63,393 nucleotides of DNA from Odoribacter sp. OttesenSCG-928-L07. GTDB lineage: Bacteria; Bacteroidota; Bacteroidia; Bacteroidales; BM520. The stretch is from NCBI GenBank assembly GCA_030265965.1, contig JAJDHA010000001.1:1-63393 (forward strand), written 5' to 3'. Of this stretch, positions 61,701 through 63,393 are shown in pieces. Positions within the stretch are counted from its first letter, which is position 1. Each line of letters opens with the position of its first letter. Both the position numbers and the translations under genes were made by a program. The notes under the pieces were generated by a model that worked only from the letters and a program-made list of their open reading frames with translations, had not been told where the DNA came from and did no database searches.

Positions 61701-63247
61701 CTGATTCTTTGCAATTTTATACTAAAAATGGCTATTATGATGTTGATGCTTTTGTATTAACATTGAGTGGAATTAATTACATTAAAATTTCGGATGCAGC
61801 AATTTTCCCCAGCGACGGTTCGGTAAAAATTACTGCCGGCGGAACAATGATGCCGGTTTCTGATGGTTTTATGATTATTAATCCTGAAAATAAATACCAT
61901 ACATTATATAATATAAACTTAACAGTAGAATCAAAGGATATACTAAAAGGTTCAGGTTACTACAATTATGTTGATGTTACAAAAAATGTGACTCCAATAT
62001 ATGTTGAAAGTATTACGAGCAACGAAGAGCAGGTAAGAGGTAGGGCTGTTATCTCCGAATTAAGTCCCTTGCTTTTAAATCCGGTTGTAGAATATCAAGG
62101 CATGATAAGTATGAATAATACTTCACCGGAATTGGAATTTAACGGCTACTATAATATTAAACAAGTCTGTTTCGAAAACAAAACATGGATTAAATTGGAT
62201 CATAGTATTGAACCGAATAACATTATTCTTCCTGCTAATGAAAGTAGGTTGTCAAAAGAAAACAAACCGATATATTCAGGTTTGATTTTTTCAAATCCGG
62301 GAGCAATTCTTTATCCGGCATTTTTATCTTCCAAAAATAAGACTACCGATATTTCAATTTTTAATGTTGAAGGATTGTTGAGTTTTAATGGAAATATTTA
62401 TACAATTTCAAACTCAACAGAGACTGCCGATTTGAATAATATTAATGATTCAATAAGAGTTAGCGATTCAGCAAGCTATCTCAATATGGTAAGAGATTTT
62501 CCTAAAGAATATCTTACTCTTGATGCTCAAACCTGTACGATGAGTGGTAGTGGTAAGTTCGATTTTCTGGAAAATCCCGGAAGAATTTCTGTTGTAGCTG
62601 CCGGCGATTTCAACTATAATTTGATGACAGAAAATATTACCGCTGAGGTTTCACTCTTTCTTGATTTCCATTTTAATAATCAAGCATTGAAAATAATGGC
62701 TGATGAAATTCAAAATTCTCTCCAGATAACTGAACAACAAATTGCTAATGAAGATAAATATTACTCAGCATTAAGTTATCTTCTTGATGAAAAAGAATTT
62801 GAATCATATTACAGTGCTATTAGTGATTTTGGGATTGCTCAAATTACTCCCAAATTATTACAATCTAAAATTGCAATATCAAATGTTAAGCTTGTTTGGA
62901 ATGATGTAGATAAAGTGTTTTATTCAGAAGGTCCAATTACGATTTCAGCTATAAATGGTCAAGTTGTAAATAAAGCTATAAATGGAGCTGTTGAAATTTC
63001 TAAATTTGGTGGAACAGAATCTATTACATTGATGTTAGTTGCGAAAAATTTTGAAACACAAATTGAAGAAAATTATTTCTTTCAATACCACAATAACAAT
63101 ATGTTTACTTATTCTACTAACGAAAGGTTTTCCAAGTTAATTCGTACTGATGGGAATAAGACGCGCCGACTAAAACGCAAAGGTGATTTGCCACCGTATC
63201 AATATATTTTAGATACGGATGAAAGGTTTTTATCTTTTGGATTTTAG
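58730..63247 (+). CDS. Large secreted beta-rich hypothetical protein
   Basis: Signal peptide MKKLFSIIAFLFCALLFYG; ~1500 aa, mostly beta-strand pattern; no catalytic motif recognised. Confidence 0.7.
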   Translation: MKKLFSIIAFLFCALLFYGQDSEVLFSPSNDLNLQFNSYIENIGKDFTKEDIQNIKTNFSQIISNNKFNYFFEEQLCNSLNCLKINNTSFPIIKVFISAYLNMLNSNFNEKDCENWTRAICSINPNLQLFNLWEELFANYTVSITSFGKWQVLNSAKMELVYNNDAPHIVFEKGMLTCPLNDSIKIHDCSGKINLISKEFTGIHGFIYWEKAGMNRDSVFAELPATYKLTLDNITITVEAAKLYHKKYFSGNALLGKVTDRCIQGTNEANARYPKFNVYSENPVLIQNIYPNINYFGGFELEGSQIIGSNNKNLDAEITIQHNGKKSVVLKSKHFNLKKDSFAASETNFKLITAKDTISHSNASAKYSLKNNELEIIRDPKKRGGAPFSSTYHKLNIYCDYVNWKLGSDEIRFTSGTSIVKEGKAFFESKNFFSKDRFRQFEAADGTNSIIQLVKFTRKKSDIFYLYEYAEFCKKGEDQVKTSLLLMSNLELLDYDLENDRITVNKKLYDYVAAYSENRDYDIISIFSDVKGIDNAVLDYNTDLLTISGVSKIVFSEKNNVILYPSDNKINVLDELTLEYGGYLQAGLVDFYVQSGTFDYHNFKMKLTQIDSMSFFVNTEELDQYGKPIVSKVNSPIQNLSGILEINKIFNKSGNLDYPEYPIFTCDDFAHIYYDDQDGCYQAYNRDEFYFQVEPFAINNMQDFLPNNLSLEGEFVSAGIFPNFKEKATIMPDLSLGFIHQTPPEGYPMYGGKGKFFNTIVLGNGCLKGQGRIDYITASLKSEDFAIYPDSVIAVVEHLNINELVSTVEYPQVAGNTSTMFWNVNENFMDFNTVSGEPYYFFNNFISLEGNLLYSPEYLKGNGIINKDNGIIISNDFEFKAQSFYADSSHFQLYLPGNKYLAIEVDNYNASLNVNNQSVNFNANNKDSCGLYFKENAYFVEYDKFEWKINENSLILGDKDFQSQILTDSSLNNIINSNVEAYLATSLSKKTDSLQFYTKNGYYDVDAFVLTLSGINYIKISDAAIFPSDGSVKITAGGTMMPVSDGFMIINPENKYHTLYNINLTVESKDILKGSGYYNYVDVTKNVTPIYVESITSNEEQVRGRAVISELSPLLLNPVVEYQGMISMNNTSPELEFNGYYNIKQVCFENKTWIKLDHSIEPNNIILPANESRLSKENKPIYSGLIFSNPGAILYPAFLSSKNKTTDISIFNVEGLLSFNGNIYTISNSTETADLNNINDSIRVSDSASYLNMVRDFPKEYLTLDAQTCTMSGSGKFDFLENPGRISVVAAGDFNYNLMTENITAEVSLFLDFHFNNQALKIMADEIQNSLQITEQQIANEDKYYSALSYLLDEKEFESYYSAISDFGIAQITPKLLQSKIAISNVKLVWNDVDKVFYSEGPITISAINGQVVNKAINGAVEISKFGGTESITLMLVAKNFETQIEENYFFQYHNNNMFTYSTNERFSKLIRTDGNKTRRLKRKGDLPPYQYILDTDERFLSFGF

Positions 63248-63393
63248 TATTCGTATTTATCCTTCCACCTATTTTTTAGAAACTTACGGTGTTCTTCTTC
63301 GCGTAAGTTCTTTTGAGGATCGTAGAACTTCTTGCCGCTTAACTTTTTCGGAAGAAATTCCTGCTCAACAAAATTATCTTGATACGAATGAGC
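63244..63393 (-). CDS. rarA: Replication-associated recombination protein A, C-terminal end (partial)
   Basis: Hand translation AHSYQDNFVEQEFLPKKLSGKKFYDPQKNLREEE...WKDKYEY*, typical RarA/MgsA C-terminus; runs off the window. Confidence 0.8.
   Translation of the reverse strand, partial: AHSYQDNFVEQEFLPKKLSGKKFYDPQKNLREEEHRKFLKNRWKDKYEY

Noticed and set aside
1-63393. tRNA/rRNA genes, integrases, IS transposases
   Set aside because: No cloverleaf, rRNA-like tract or recombinase/transposase ORF recognised by eye; tRNAscan-SE and ISEScan would confirm.

Overview
AT-rich chromosomal segment of a Bacteroidales-type bacterium. The assignment rests on recurrent TAnnTTTG -7 promoters, a T9SS C-terminal-domain cargo protein and a GldH-like lipoprotein. 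Most of the window is housekeeping: DEAD helicase/cold-shock pair, dxr, rseP, gpmI, pgi, leuS, purN, prs, rplY, feoAB, ruvB, hsp20, lpxK, lpxH, pncA/pncB and the 3' end of rarA. An ~11-kb integrase-free island (22.0-33.2 kb) lies between the divergent purN and prs genes. It carries a type I R-M system (hsdM-hsdS-hsdR) interleaved with RhuM-Fic, a doubly deleted YhcG/DUF1016, a GHKL-ATPase/PD-(D/E)xK fusion, two tiny gene remnants and a second RhuM. The most striking pattern is in these passenger genes. Both intact RhuM genes carry an in-frame DNA palindrome of identical geometry (AAC-N7-AAATT-N7'-GTT) with different arm sequences. The deleted RhuM and YhcG remnants retain their own palindromes, a REP-like palindrome sits in frame inside hsdM, a 12-bp repeat duplicates the hsdR start, and inverted heptamer arrays bracket the island. 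Outside the island there are two promoter-to-terminator sRNA candidates, a small pseudoknot-like leader, a sigma54-type hsp20 promoter with tandem upstream boxes, and a regulator/T9SS-cargo pair separating dxr from rseP. No tRNA, rRNA or CRISPR array was seen. All family assignments come from motif recognition, not database searches.
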